NCBI GenBank assembly: GCA_963666055.2
Contig: CAXWPH010000012.1
Span: 224,001-288,000, forward strand
Length of the DNA stretch: 64,000 nucleotides
Source: Acidobacteriota bacterium
GTDB taxonomy: Bacteria; Acidobacteriota; UBA890; WLXD01
Direction: 5' to 3'
Part shown: positions 9,804 through 19,179 of the stretch, piece after piece
Numbering within the stretch: position 1 is the first letter of the stretch
Layout of the letters: the number at the start of each line of letters is the position of its first letter
Program-made: the position numbers and the translations under genes
The notes under the pieces: generated by a model
Seen by the model: only the letters and a program-made list of their open reading frames with translations
The model's database searches: none
Told to the model about the DNA's origin: nothing

Positions 9804-12199
9804 ACGTGCTGGGTTAGCGCGCCGTGCGGCTGGCGGTCTTCCTGTAGCGCCGCCAACACCATTTCGGTGGTGATGGGCGTACGGTTGAATGCCGCGCCGC
9901 CGACGGCGTCCTGAATCGCACAGGCGACCGCCGCGGCGCCCGCCGGCATCGAAGCTTCGCCGATACCCTTGGCGCCGACAGGATTCGAGGGGTCCGGCAG
10001 GTTCACGGCCTCCCATTGGACATCGAGCGGTACGTCGAGGATCGTCGGCGGCTTTGCTGCATGGAAGCCCTTGGTGAACGGCACGCCCCACTTGGGGTCG
10101 TATACCCACTTGTGGCTGCGGGCGACACCAAAGCCCTGGATCGCTCCTCCCAACAGTTGTGCCCCGAGGCCACGCGGATGTATCACGGTGCCGCAATCGG
10201 CGACGCACCGATAGTCGACGATATCGACGTGGCCAGTCTCGACGTCGACCTCGACTCGCGCGAACCCCACCACGAACGAGAGGGTGTCGCCCTCGTGAGG
10301 CAGGGTGTCCTTGGTCGCCGCGATCAACCCCTCGCCGGCGAGCGCCTCGACCGACCGTACCGTCATATCGTCGAGGTCTTCTGCGCGCTCGTGACCGCTG
10401 TACTTGCCTCCCAGATCGATGGCACGACGGGCCGCTTGCGCGAAGCTCATCCCACGGCTCCGATTGGCACGCGCGTATACCCTGCCGCCACCGACGTCGT
10501 AGTTAGCGGCAGAGCCGCCGAGATCACGCGCCGCGATCTCCTGCAGCAATGCCTTGGCGTGTAGCGCGGCCACGTAGTTGGCTCGCGTGTGCGCCCAGGT
10601 CGTTTGGCTGCCCGACTGCGACGCGGTGTTCGGCAAGTGTCGAGCGGTGCTGCCCCAAACTACCTCGCACTGCTCCCAGGGAAGATCCAGCACCTCGGCC
10701 GCCGTGCGCGCCGTATCGAACGTCGAGTGGGTGCCCAAGTTGCCGACACCCTGGTGGATGTATAGCTTGCCGTCCGGCCGAATCACCAGCAACGCATCCC
10801 ATCCGCTGCTGCCGGCGTAGAACGGGCTCAGGACCACGCCCGTGCCGATCGCCTTGGTACCGCGGCGTTGCCCGCTGAGCTGCTTCTGCTCTTCCCAGTC
10901 GAACAGCTCGGCGCCGCGATCGATAGCCTCCTGCGCGTAGACGCTCGAAAGGCTCCCCTGCCCCGACCCGTAGGTACTGGCGGCGTCGGGCGCGTTGATA
11001 CGGCGAATTTCCAGTCGGTCGATCCCCAGCTGACGCGCCGCCCGGTCGACAACTGGCTCCAACATTGCCGTCGCCTGTACCCCACCAGGGGCCCGCTGCG
11101 CCGACCGCGGCGGCGTGTTGGTTACCACGGGAACAGCCCGGAAGCGCATCGAAAGCGGCGTGTAAGTGAGCGAGGCCATCTCGCCGGCAATCCAGTAGTC
11201 CGCCTCGCCCAGATAGGGGCCGTTGTCCTGGACGACGTAGAAATCGAGCGCCGTCATGCGGCCGTCGGCGCGAAATCCCATCTTGACCCGACCCTGGAAG
11301 CCGGGCCGCGCCATGCCGAAGTAATTTTCCTCGGCGCGCGTCACCCGCAGCATCACCGGCCGGCCGGTCTGCTTGGAGAGGAGCGCTGCCACCGGCAGAT
11401 TGACGGAGCCGCCGATCTTGCTGCCGAAGCCACCGCCACAGTACTCGGCAATCAGCACCAGATCTTCCGGCTCGACGCCACAGGCTCGCGCTGATCCCGC
11501 AGCACTGTTGGCGGTGCTCTGCGTAGAGGCATGCAAGTACAGCTTGCCGTTTTGCCAGTACGCCATGGCGCTGCGCGGCTCGAGCGGATGGTGGGTCAGC
11601 GACTGGTGAGTGATCGTTTGGTCCAGTACCAAATCGGCAATGCCGAACCCTTCCTCCAGGTCGCCGTTCGTCCACTCGAAGAACGGCTCACCCATCGGCA
11701 AGCGGTCCTCATCGGCTTCGGCGAAGTCCTCCTCCGTCCATTTAATGGTGTGGAACTCGCGTCCACCGTAGACATTGCCCTCCGATCGGGCATTGATACC
11801 GCCGGGCCGCAGACTGTCCAGCGGATCGATGACGAACGGCAGCGGCTCCAGATCCACGTCGATACGCTCGATCGCATCCGCAGCGGTAGTCTCATCGACC
11901 GCAGCGACAGCCAAGATCGGCGCGCCCTCGTACAGCGGCTCGTTGGTAAGCGCCGGCTCGCGGTGCATCGGCACTTCTGGAATATCGTCGGCGGTCAACA
12001 CGCCTTCCACGCCGGGCATGGCCAGCGCGCGGCTCGCATCGATACGACGCACGCGCGCGTGCGGCATCGGGCTGACCAGCAGCTTGGCGAACAGCATCCC
12101 CTCGGCACGGAAGTCCTCGGCGTACTTCGCCTTGCCCTGGACCTTGGCAACCAGATCCGGGGGCGTGTAATTCTTGCCGAGCAGCTTGTAGTCCGCCAT
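9800..12199 (-). CDS. Xanthine dehydrogenase/aldehyde oxidoreductase family molybdopterin-binding large subunit
   Basis: 'LHASTQ', 'GGGFGSK', 'QRAPG', 'QSGS' and 'GAKGIGE' Moco-binding motifs. Confidence 0.92.
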   Translation of the reverse strand: MADYKLLGKNYTPPDLVAKVQGKAKYAEDFRAEGMLFAKLLVSPMPHARVRRIDASRALAMPGVEGVLTADDIPEVPMHREPALTNEPLYEGAPILAVAAVDETTAADAIERIDVDLEPLPFVIDPLDSLRPGGINARSEGNVYGGREFHTIKWTEEDFAEADEDRLPMGEPFFEWTNGDLEEGFGIADLVLDQTITHQSLTHHPLEPRSAMAYWQNGKLYLHASTQSTANSAAGSARACGVEPEDLVLIAEYCGGGFGSKIGGSVNLPVAALLSKQTGRPVMLRVTRAEENYFGMARPGFQGRVKMGFRADGRMTALDFYVVQDNGPYLGEADYWIAGEMASLTYTPLSMRFRAVPVVTNTPPRSAQRAPGGVQATAMLEPVVDRAARQLGIDRLEIRRINAPDAASTYGSGQGSLSSVYAQEAIDRGAELFDWEEQKQLSGQRRGTKAIGTGVVLSPFYAGSSGWDALLVIRPDGKLYIHQGVGNLGTHSTFDTARTAAEVLDLPWEQCEVVWGSTARHLPNTASQSGSQTTWAHTRANYVAALHAKALLQEIAARDLGGSAANYDVGGGRVYARANRSRGMSFAQAARRAIDLGGKYSGHERAEDLDDMTVRSVEALAGEGLIAATKDTLPHEGDTLSFVVGFARVEVDVETGHVDIVDYRCVADCGTVIHPRGLGAQLLGGAIQGFGVARSHKWVYDPKWGVPFTKGFHAAKPPTILDVPLDVQWEAVNLPDPSNPVGAKGIGEASMPAGAAAVACAIQDAVGGAAFNRTPITTEMVLAALQEDRQPHGALTQHV

Positions 12200-12313
12200 T
12201 TCAACTCACCTCCAAGTTGGCACTCGCCCCGACGGTACCGCCGCAACCGCTTATCGTCCAGTGGCGCGGGGATCCCTACGGCACGAAACAGCAAACCGAC
12301 GTCAAGACTCCGA

Positions 12314-12342
12314 TCGACCGGCCCCGCTCCACAATGTATAAC
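12314..12342 (+). promoter_or_regulatory. Possible sigma70 promoter
   Basis: TCGACC-N17-TATAAC upstream of ATG 12418. Confidence 0.3.
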
Positions 12343-12417
12343 GCCTGGTGGATCGTCTCGTTTCTTGACCGGGCCGTCGTATTGTTCCGCGGCAGGTCCA
12401 AGGTCTCAGCAACGGTC

Positions 12418-13288
12418 ATGGTTTCCGCAAAGGGGCTCCTCAAGAGGGCCCTCGGCTTGTTGGCCCGCTCAGATCGCGCCTGCGCTGCGCTGCTACCCAC
12501 CCTGCGCGAGGTCGAGCGGCAAGTTCGCGCCAAGGACCGCGTCTTCATCGAGGCGGCGATACGGCGCGCGTTCCCGGAGCTCACCGTCCGCCACGGACCG
12601 TTCGCCGGGCTCGTCTACCCCTCTGCTGCTAGCTTCGGCAGCGTGCTCTTTCCCAAAGTGCTCGGCAGCTACGAACGCGAGCTTCATGAGGCCATGGAGG
12701 AATCGGTCCAGAAGAGACCCACCGCGATCGTCAACATCGGATGCGCAGAGGGATATTACGCTGTCGGGTTGGCGCTCCGGGTTCCCGAGGTGCAGGTGTT
12801 CGCCTTCGAAACAGATCCACAGGCGCGAGACGCCTGCCTACGGATGGCCCAGGCCAACCGCGTGCAGGAGCGCCTGCAGGTCTCGGAACACTGCACTGCC
12901 GACGCGCTCATCAAGCTGCCCCTCGGAGATCGGGCCTTGATCATCGCCGATTGCGAGGGCGACGAGCGGTGGCTGTTTACCGCTGACGCTGCCGAAGCCC
13001 TGCGCCACCACGACCTGATCATCGAGATAGCACGACTTCGTGTATGCCGGTACCGGTGAGTTGCTCGCCGCTCGCCTGGCCGCCACACACCGGGTAGCGA
13101 GCATCCCTTGTATCGACGACGCGGCGAAGCTGTCGAGCTATCAGTACGCGGAGCTGCAGCCGTTCCGGCGCCGCCAGCGTCTGCGGCTACTGGCGGAGCG
13201 ACGACCCGCGGGAATGTACTGGCTCCGGTGTTCGCCAAAGAACGTCAGGTGCGCTCCGCCCAGGGATACTGGAACTCCGGGCGAATGA
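12418..13288 (+). pseudogene. SAM-dependent methyltransferase-like gene (FkbM-like) with a +1 frameshift near 13030
   Basis: 'NIGCAEGYYAVG' and 'DCEGDE' motifs. The reading LIIEI|HDFVYAGTGE continues only after removing one base in ATAGCACGAC. Confidence 0.75.
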
Positions 13289-15236
13289 CGTCGGTGACCA
13301 ACTCCTGCACGGCGCGGTGCGCCTGATCGAACGCCGCCTGGGTGAGACAGGTGGCCGCAGCGTCGGAGTTAGCCACCGCGATGCGGCCAAAACGCTTGCG
13401 CCCCATCACCCAGGGAGCCTCGTCGTAGCCCCAGTCGGGATCGTAGAGGTCGTTCGCTGCGCCCGCGTAGCCGTGCGGCCAGCGGTTGCAAATAATCGCC
13501 TCGACGTCGCGCGCCGGGTCGAACCCGCTGCCGTCCAAGGCGCGAGTGAGCTGATCGCGGGTTTTGCGCTCGACGGTCTCGAAGGTGGTGGCCAGCAGCT
13601 CCTCGCGGCCGGCGCGGAACTGCTCCTTGGGGTGCAGTCCCGGCTTGATGGGCACGAATGACAGATGCAGCATCATCGGGTCCTCGGGGCCTCGGGAGCG
13701 CTTGTAGTCGCCGATGCTCGGAGCCCAGTCACTGAGCGAGATTGATTGGTGGTAGCCCATCGGACAGCTAATGCGGGCGATTCCGAGCTCGTGAAATGCG
13801 CGCCAGTCTCGTAACACGACGTTGGTCGAGACATAGGGCTTACGAACCGCCCACTTCAATGCCGCCTTCTGCTCCTGCGGGAAGTCAGGGCACAGGTACG
13901 GGATCATGGCGTTGTAACAGGCCATGACGCAGGTGCCGCCGCGGACGCGGCGAGCCTTGCCGTCTTGCACGTAGGTCACCTCGACCTCGCCGGCGGTGCG
14001 GCGCTCGCCACGATGTCGGGTGTTGACCACCATGCTGCTCAGACGGATGCGCACCGCATTGCTCGGCTTGTCGAGCTCCCCGTAGCGGACGTGCGTGGCG
14101 ACCGAGTCCTCCATGGTGGTGCCGGGGAGCGAGTCGGGGATCAGCCAGCGAACGATCAGCCGCGCGATCCCGGCGTTGCCATCCGGGAATTTGATTCCCT
14201 CCCACGGGTTGTCGTGCCCCTCGAGCCAGTTGCGCGGCGGCCGCTCGAGCCCCATCGCGTCAAGTCCCGGAACCCATCCTGACCGGAACGCACCCCAGGC
14301 GCTCTGGGTGTCGATACCGGCGACGCCGTTGGAATCCGGGCTATGCCAGAAGTACTTGACGACGCTGGCGTCGACCCCTACGACGTCAAGCAGGAAGTCT
14401 TTGTAGCTCATCTTCTTGAGGCGGCGGACCTTCTCCTCGACACTCACGCCCGGCATGCAGTCACGCGAGTTGTCATACAGGTCGGCGATGTCCTGCTGCG
14501 CCTGCCGCGGCAGCGGCGTTTTGGCCAGAAACTCCGACCACGGCAGCGGCGGCGCTCCGCTGGCGCGACGTCCAGGCACCCCCACCGCGAGTCGATCCTC
14601 GCCGAAGTTTTCCTCGTCGAAGAACACTGCGTTCATCAGGCCGTACTCTCGAGCCAGCATGCCGCGTTCGCCGCCGAGCGCGTGGAAACGGTGAGGATCA
14701 ATGCCAATGTCCTCGAGCAGGGTTTCACCCTCGGGCGTATATGCACCGGTGATGTACGAGGTACCCCCGGTACCGATGACCTGGTGACCGTTGACCATGA
14801 CCTCGTTGCGCTTGGCGTGCCCGCCGAAGTCGTCGTGGTTGTCGAGCACCAGGACCTTCGACTCGGGCAGCGCTTTCCTGAAGAAATACGCCGCCGCCAG
14901 ACCGCTCAGCCCACCACCGGCGACAATCAGGTCGTAGGTTTCGCCGGTATCCTCGGGGTTGTCCCAGGTCTTGCCATAGCGCATCTCGTGCGCCACCTCG
15001 AACGAGCCCTCGTGGCTACCCCGCATTCCGGTCAGGCCCGGCGGATAGTGCTCGTCGGCATCCTGGAAGCCAGCGCTCGGGGAGGTTGCGGCGCTCGAGC
15101 TGCTCGCCGCGTGGGCATCGGCCGGGCGCATCGCGCCGATCGCACCTGCGCCACCGATCGCAACGCTGGCGCCATTGAGGAAATCGCGCCGTGTGATGGC
15201 ACGATCCATCCCGAGCTCACGGTCGGTGAACTTCAT
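13245..15236 (-). CDS. Spermidine dehydrogenase-like flavoprotein (SpdH family) with Tat-like N-terminus
   Basis: 'ITRRDFLNG', 'YPPGLTGMRGSHEGSFE', GGGLSG FAD motif, 'DNHDDFGGHAKRNE' and 'NRWPHGYA'; GAGGAG RBS. Confidence 0.85.
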   Translation of the reverse strand: MKFTDRELGMDRAITRRDFLNGASVAIGGAGAIGAMRPADAHAASSSSAATSPSAGFQDADEHYPPGLTGMRGSHEGSFEVAHEMRYGKTWDNPEDTGETYDLIVAGGGLSGLAAAYFFRKALPESKVLVLDNHDDFGGHAKRNEVMVNGHQVIGTGGTSYITGAYTPEGETLLEDIGIDPHRFHALGGERGMLAREYGLMNAVFFDEENFGEDRLAVGVPGRRASGAPPLPWSEFLAKTPLPRQAQQDIADLYDNSRDCMPGVSVEEKVRRLKKMSYKDFLLDVVGVDASVVKYFWHSPDSNGVAGIDTQSAWGAFRSGWVPGLDAMGLERPPRNWLEGHDNPWEGIKFPDGNAGIARLIVRWLIPDSLPGTTMEDSVATHVRYGELDKPSNAVRIRLSSMVVNTRHRGERRTAGEVEVTYVQDGKARRVRGGTCVMACYNAMIPYLCPDFPQEQKAALKWAVRKPYVSTNVVLRDWRAFHELGIARISCPMGYHQSISLSDWAPSIGDYKRSRGPEDPMMLHLSFVPIKPGLHPKEQFRAGREELLATTFETVERKTRDQLTRALDGSGFDPARDVEAIICNRWPHGYAGAANDLYDPDWGYDEAPWVMGRKRFGRIAVANSDAAATCLTQAAFDQAHRAVQELVTDVIRPEFQYPWAERT

Positions 15237-15428
15237 GGCTGTCTCCTCGGTCTCGCGGGGCAGTAGCGGCGGAGCGCCGCTCGGCAAGCCTTGCTAGTAG
15301 GGGTGCCTCAAGCCCGGCCGAGCCCCGTAGCTGCGGCACAAGCTAGCACATCGTCTTTCTGGTCGAAACGGGGCGCCGCGATGATAGTCTTCACCGCTCC
15401 AAGGCTCAGAGCGAGAACCAGCAATCCA

Positions 15429-15598
15429 GTCGCCAATCGCGTATACGTCACGGCCCCGTGGATCGGCTGAACAAGGAGCACCGCAGCGAATTCTGGCGGC
15501 CAACTTCGCCGTGAAGCTGATCGACGAAGGCGCCGCGCTGGGACCAAGAAAATGATGTTTCGATCCGCGGCAAGAACGAGCCGGTGCGGATCTACGGC
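15429..15598 (+). pseudogene. Degenerate remnant of a class III adenylate/guanylate cyclase C-terminus
   Basis: Fragments LNKEH (15467) and IRGKNEPVRIYG (15563-15598) are separated by frameshifts and a stop. Confidence 0.45.
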
Positions 15599-15680
15599 GC
15601 GCATGCGGCAGCGCTCACTCCACTGCCGTGTTTAGGACACAATCCCCACTTGCTTGCTTTGGCTCCGTCGAGGAACGCGT

Positions 15681-16133
15681 ATGACCGACACGACTCGCAA
15701 GGTACGTATGATCGGCATCAACCATGTCGTGCTGGAGGTCGGCAATCTGGATGAAGCGCTCGTCTTCTACGGTCGGATCTTCGAGCTCGTGTTCCGCAAC
15801 CGGTTCCAGCACATGGCGTTTCTGGATATGGGCGACCAGTTCCTCGCCCTTGCAGAGAACGCCTCGCGAGAGCCCGACGAGGAAAGGCACTTCGGCCTCG
15901 TCGTCGACGACATGGAGCTCGTTCGCGCGCACCTGGCAAGCCTCGAGGTTGAGATCCTTCCGTCTTCGGGGTTGGAGTTCCGAGACCCTTGGGGGAACCG
16001 CGTTCAGATCGTCGAGTACGCCAGCATCCAGTTCAGCAAGACACCTGCGGTTCTTCGAGGCATGGGTTTGGAGAACCAGCCGAAATCGGCCGACGCCATA
16101 CGAGAGCTGTCCGACAAACGCATGGCGTCGTAA
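15681..16133 (+). CDS. VOC (glyoxalase/bleomycin resistance) family protein
   Basis: 'GINHVVLEVGNLDEALVFY', 'HFGLVVDD' and 'FRDPWGNRVQIV'; GAGGA RBS. Confidence 0.88.
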   Translation: MTDTTRKVRMIGINHVVLEVGNLDEALVFYGRIFELVFRNRFQHMAFLDMGDQFLALAENASREPDEERHFGLVVDDMELVRAHLASLEVEILPSSGLEFRDPWGNRVQIVEYASIQFSKTPAVLRGMGLENQPKSADAIRELSDKRMAS

Positions 16134-16164
16134 ACGCCCGCAACTCGTCCCCGAGAGCATCAAC

Positions 16165-16710
16165 ATGCGAATTCAACACACCGCGCTGATCGCCGCCGCT
16201 GTGTTAGTGGCGGCCGCACCCGCATACTCGCAGGGGCACATCGGGCCCGCGCACGACGCCCGATCGCCTGTCAGCACCCTACAGCAACAGCAACAACCTC
16301 CGTGTTCGACGCCCGAGCACCGGCAGTTCGATTTCTGGATCGGGGATTGGGAGGTTTTCAACCCGCAGGGCCAACGAGTCGGAAGTAATCGCATCGACAA
16401 AGTCCTGGGTGGCTGCGCTCTGCACGAGAGCTGGCGTGGCAGCACGGGCCATCGCGGTTCCAGCTACAACTTCTACGACGCTGCCGACGGGAACTGGCAT
16501 CAGACCTGGATCGATGTCGCAGGAGCGCCCCTGTACATCAACGGCAGCTTCGAGGACGGGCGGATGAGGATGGTCGACGATGCCGGCACTAGCCGCATCA
16601 CTTGGACACCGCTCGAGAGCGGCCACGTCCGCCAGCACTGGGAACAACGCGCCGACGGCAGCGCGACTTGGGCTACGGTGTTCGACGGCGAGTACCGACG
16701 CGTCTACTGA
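16165..16710 (+). CDS. Conserved hypothetical secreted protein
   Basis: Signal peptide; 'CSTPEHRQFDFWIGDW', 'WHQTWID' and 'FDGEY' motifs typical of a recurring uncharacterised family. Confidence 0.8.
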   Translation: MRIQHTALIAAAVLVAAAPAYSQGHIGPAHDARSPVSTLQQQQQPPCSTPEHRQFDFWIGDWEVFNPQGQRVGSNRIDKVLGGCALHESWRGSTGHRGSSYNFYDAADGNWHQTWIDVAGAPLYINGSFEDGRMRMVDDAGTSRITWTPLESGHVRQHWEQRADGSATWATVFDGEYRRVY

Positions 16711-16740
16711 CCACGGCGATCACCGGCCCCGGTTGTTCAC

Positions 16741-19179
16741 ATGAAGATCCTGAAGTTCGGCGGGACCTCGCTGCAGAACGCCGACCGGATAACGGCGGCG
16801 GCGCGCATCGTTGCGCAAGCGGCAAGTAGCAGCGAGATCTGCGTGGTGGTGTCCGCCATGGGCGGGGTCACCGACGCGCTGCTAGGTGCGTCCGAGCACG
16901 CGGCCGTGGGCGCCAACTTCGAGGCTACCTGCGACGAGATCGAATCGCGCCACATGGAAGCGCTCGAGATCCTTGGGGATCCAACCACCCGTGACGCGCT
17001 GCGCCAGCGCCTCGAATCGGTGCTGGGTGAGCTACGCGACCGTCTGCGAGGCGTCGCCCTGGTGGGCGAAAGCAGCCCGCGGACACTCGACTCGATCCTC
17101 TCTGTCGGAGAGCGCCTGTCGGTCGAGATCGTTGCCGAAGCGCTGCGACGCGAAGGGTTGGCAGCCGAGGCCTGCGACGCTCGACAGCTGATCGTCACCG
17201 ACCGACGCTTCGGCGCCGCCGCAGTGGAAACGGAAGCCACTTACAAGCGTCTTCGTGCTCGTCTCACAGAAGTAGAAGGAATACCGGTACTCACCGGCTT
17301 CATCGCCTCCACCACCGACGGCAAGACGTCCACGATCGGCCGCGGCGGCTCAGATCTCACAGCGGCGCTGGCCGGGGCGGCCGTCGGCGCAGAAGTGATC
17401 GAAATCTGGACCGACGTCGACGGCGTTCTGAGCGCCGACCCGCGCCTTGTCCCCTCGGCTCGCCCCATCGGCCACCTGAGCTACGAAGAGCTCATGGAGC
17501 TGTCGCACTTCGGCGCCAAGGTCGTCTATCCGCCGACCGTGCGCCCGGCACGCGATGCATCTATCCCCCTGGTGATCCGTAACACCACGAACCCTGGCTT
17601 CGCCGGTACACGCATCGACAACGAGCGCCCAAATCGGCCGCGGGCGGTGTGCGGGATCGCGTCGATTAGCCGGGTCAGTCTGATACGTCTGGAGGGCGAC
17701 GGCATGGTCGGTACGCCCGGAATTGCGGCGCGCCTGTTCGGGGCGCTGGCTGGTCAGGAGATAAACGTCATCCTGATCAGCCAGTCATCCAGCGAGCACT
17801 CCATCTGTCTGGCGGTTCCAGCTGACGCGGTCGACGAGGCACGCGCCCGGATCGACAGGGAGTTCCGTCTCGAGCGCAGTACCGGTCTCATCGACGAGCT
17901 CGTCGTAGAGCATGGCCTGTCCGTGCTGGCGGCGGTCGGTGAGGGCATGCGCCACACCCCTGGAATCGCCGGCAAGCTGTGCAGCGTGCTGGGGGCCGGC
18001 GGGGTGAACATTCACGCCATCGCCCAGGGCTCCTCGGAGCTCAACATCTCGTTGGTGATCGAGAGGGCGGATGAACGCCGGGCGCTCCAGGCGACGCACG
18101 CGTCCCTGTTCGAAGACCCCGTAGCAGCACGCATCGTGGTGCTAGGCACCGGTAGAGTGGGATCGGAGCTATTACGACAGCTGCAGGCAGCCGCCGAGAT
18201 GCGCCCCGGCCTGGTGGTCGCCGGAGTCGCCAACAGCCGTGTCATGAGGACAAGCATCGCGGGCCTGGCCGACGGGGAAGCGGAGGAGCGCGCCGCGGAC
18301 CTGACCGACCTGGTGGAGTGGACTCGCAGCCTCGACGGGTGTCGGGTGTTCGTGGATTGCACCGCGTCGGACGAGATCGGCGAAGTATATGCGCCGCTGC
18401 TGCGTGCCGGCGTCGCCGTGGCCACCGCAAACAAGAAGCCGCTGGCGGGCACGTTCCATGCTTGGGAGACCATCTACAGGGCGTCGATGGGCGACGCTGG
18501 TCTGTACCACGAGGCTACGGTTGGTGCCGGCCTACCGGTGATCCGCACACTGACCGATCTGTTGGCGAGCGGTGACCGTTTGCTGAAGATCGAGGGCACC
18601 TTCTCAGGCACATTGAGCTACTTGATGGACAGATTGAGACACGGTGTGGCGTTCAGCGCCGCGGTCCGCCAGGCGCACGAGGCGGGCTATACGGAACCCG
18701 ATCCGCGTGATGACCTGAGCGGCATGGACGTTGCCCGTAAGATGCTGATCCTGGCGCGCGTGGCAGGGCACACGCTGGAGCCTGGCGACGTTCGAGTCGA
18801 GCCATTGGTCACCGATGCATCGCTCACCGCGGCATCGCTCGATGAGTTCTGGGTCCGGCTAGAGACCCTCGACGAAGGGTTCGCGCAGCGGCAAGAAGAA
18901 AGCGCGCAACGCGATCATAGCCTGTGCTACTTGGCCACGCTGGATGACCAGGGAGCAAGCGTCGGTCTACGGGAGGTCCCTTCCGACCATCCGTGTGCCG
19001 GTGTCCGAGATCGCGACAACCTCTTCGCTTTCTGGACCGAGCGCTACAGCGATACGCCGCTGATTGTGCAAGGGCCCGGGGCTGGTCCCGAGGTAACCGC
19101 CGCCGGCGTGCTAGTGGATATCCTCAGCGCAGTGAGAAACTCGGGCGCGAGGCCAGCACGAGAGGGAGGACCCACGTGA
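16741..19179 (+). CDS. thrA: Bifunctional aspartate kinase/homoserine dehydrogenase I
   Basis: 'KFGGTS', 'GRGGSD', 'WTDVDG', two ACT domains, 'ANKK', 'EATVGAGLP', 'YTEPDPRDDLSG' and 'GPGAG'. Confidence 0.95.
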   Translation: MKILKFGGTSLQNADRITAAARIVAQAASSSEICVVVSAMGGVTDALLGASEHAAVGANFEATCDEIESRHMEALEILGDPTTRDALRQRLESVLGELRDRLRGVALVGESSPRTLDSILSVGERLSVEIVAEALRREGLAAEACDARQLIVTDRRFGAAAVETEATYKRLRARLTEVEGIPVLTGFIASTTDGKTSTIGRGGSDLTAALAGAAVGAEVIEIWTDVDGVLSADPRLVPSARPIGHLSYEELMELSHFGAKVVYPPTVRPARDASIPLVIRNTTNPGFAGTRIDNERPNRPRAVCGIASISRVSLIRLEGDGMVGTPGIAARLFGALAGQEINVILISQSSSEHSICLAVPADAVDEARARIDREFRLERSTGLIDELVVEHGLSVLAAVGEGMRHTPGIAGKLCSVLGAGGVNIHAIAQGSSELNISLVIERADERRALQATHASLFEDPVAARIVVLGTGRVGSELLRQLQAAAEMRPGLVVAGVANSRVMRTSIAGLADGEAEERAADLTDLVEWTRSLDGCRVFVDCTASDEIGEVYAPLLRAGVAVATANKKPLAGTFHAWETIYRASMGDAGLYHEATVGAGLPVIRTLTDLLASGDRLLKIEGTFSGTLSYLMDRLRHGVAFSAAVRQAHEAGYTEPDPRDDLSGMDVARKMLILARVAGHTLEPGDVRVEPLVTDASLTAASLDEFWVRLETLDEGFAQRQEESAQRDHSLCYLATLDDQGASVGLREVPSDHPCAGVRDRDNLFAFWTERYSDTPLIVQGPGAGPEVTAAGVLVDILSAVRNSGARPAREGGPT

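Noticed and set aside
11531-12940. Long antisense and alternate-frame ORFs (e.g. 469 aa here, 49970-51415, 32236-33411)
   Set aside because: Shadows of real genes in GC-rich DNA; Arg/Pro/Ala-rich with no motifs.
16282-16296. Short poly-Gln (CAG/CAA) run
   Set aside because: Mixed codons in a linker after the signal peptide; not a contingency repeat.
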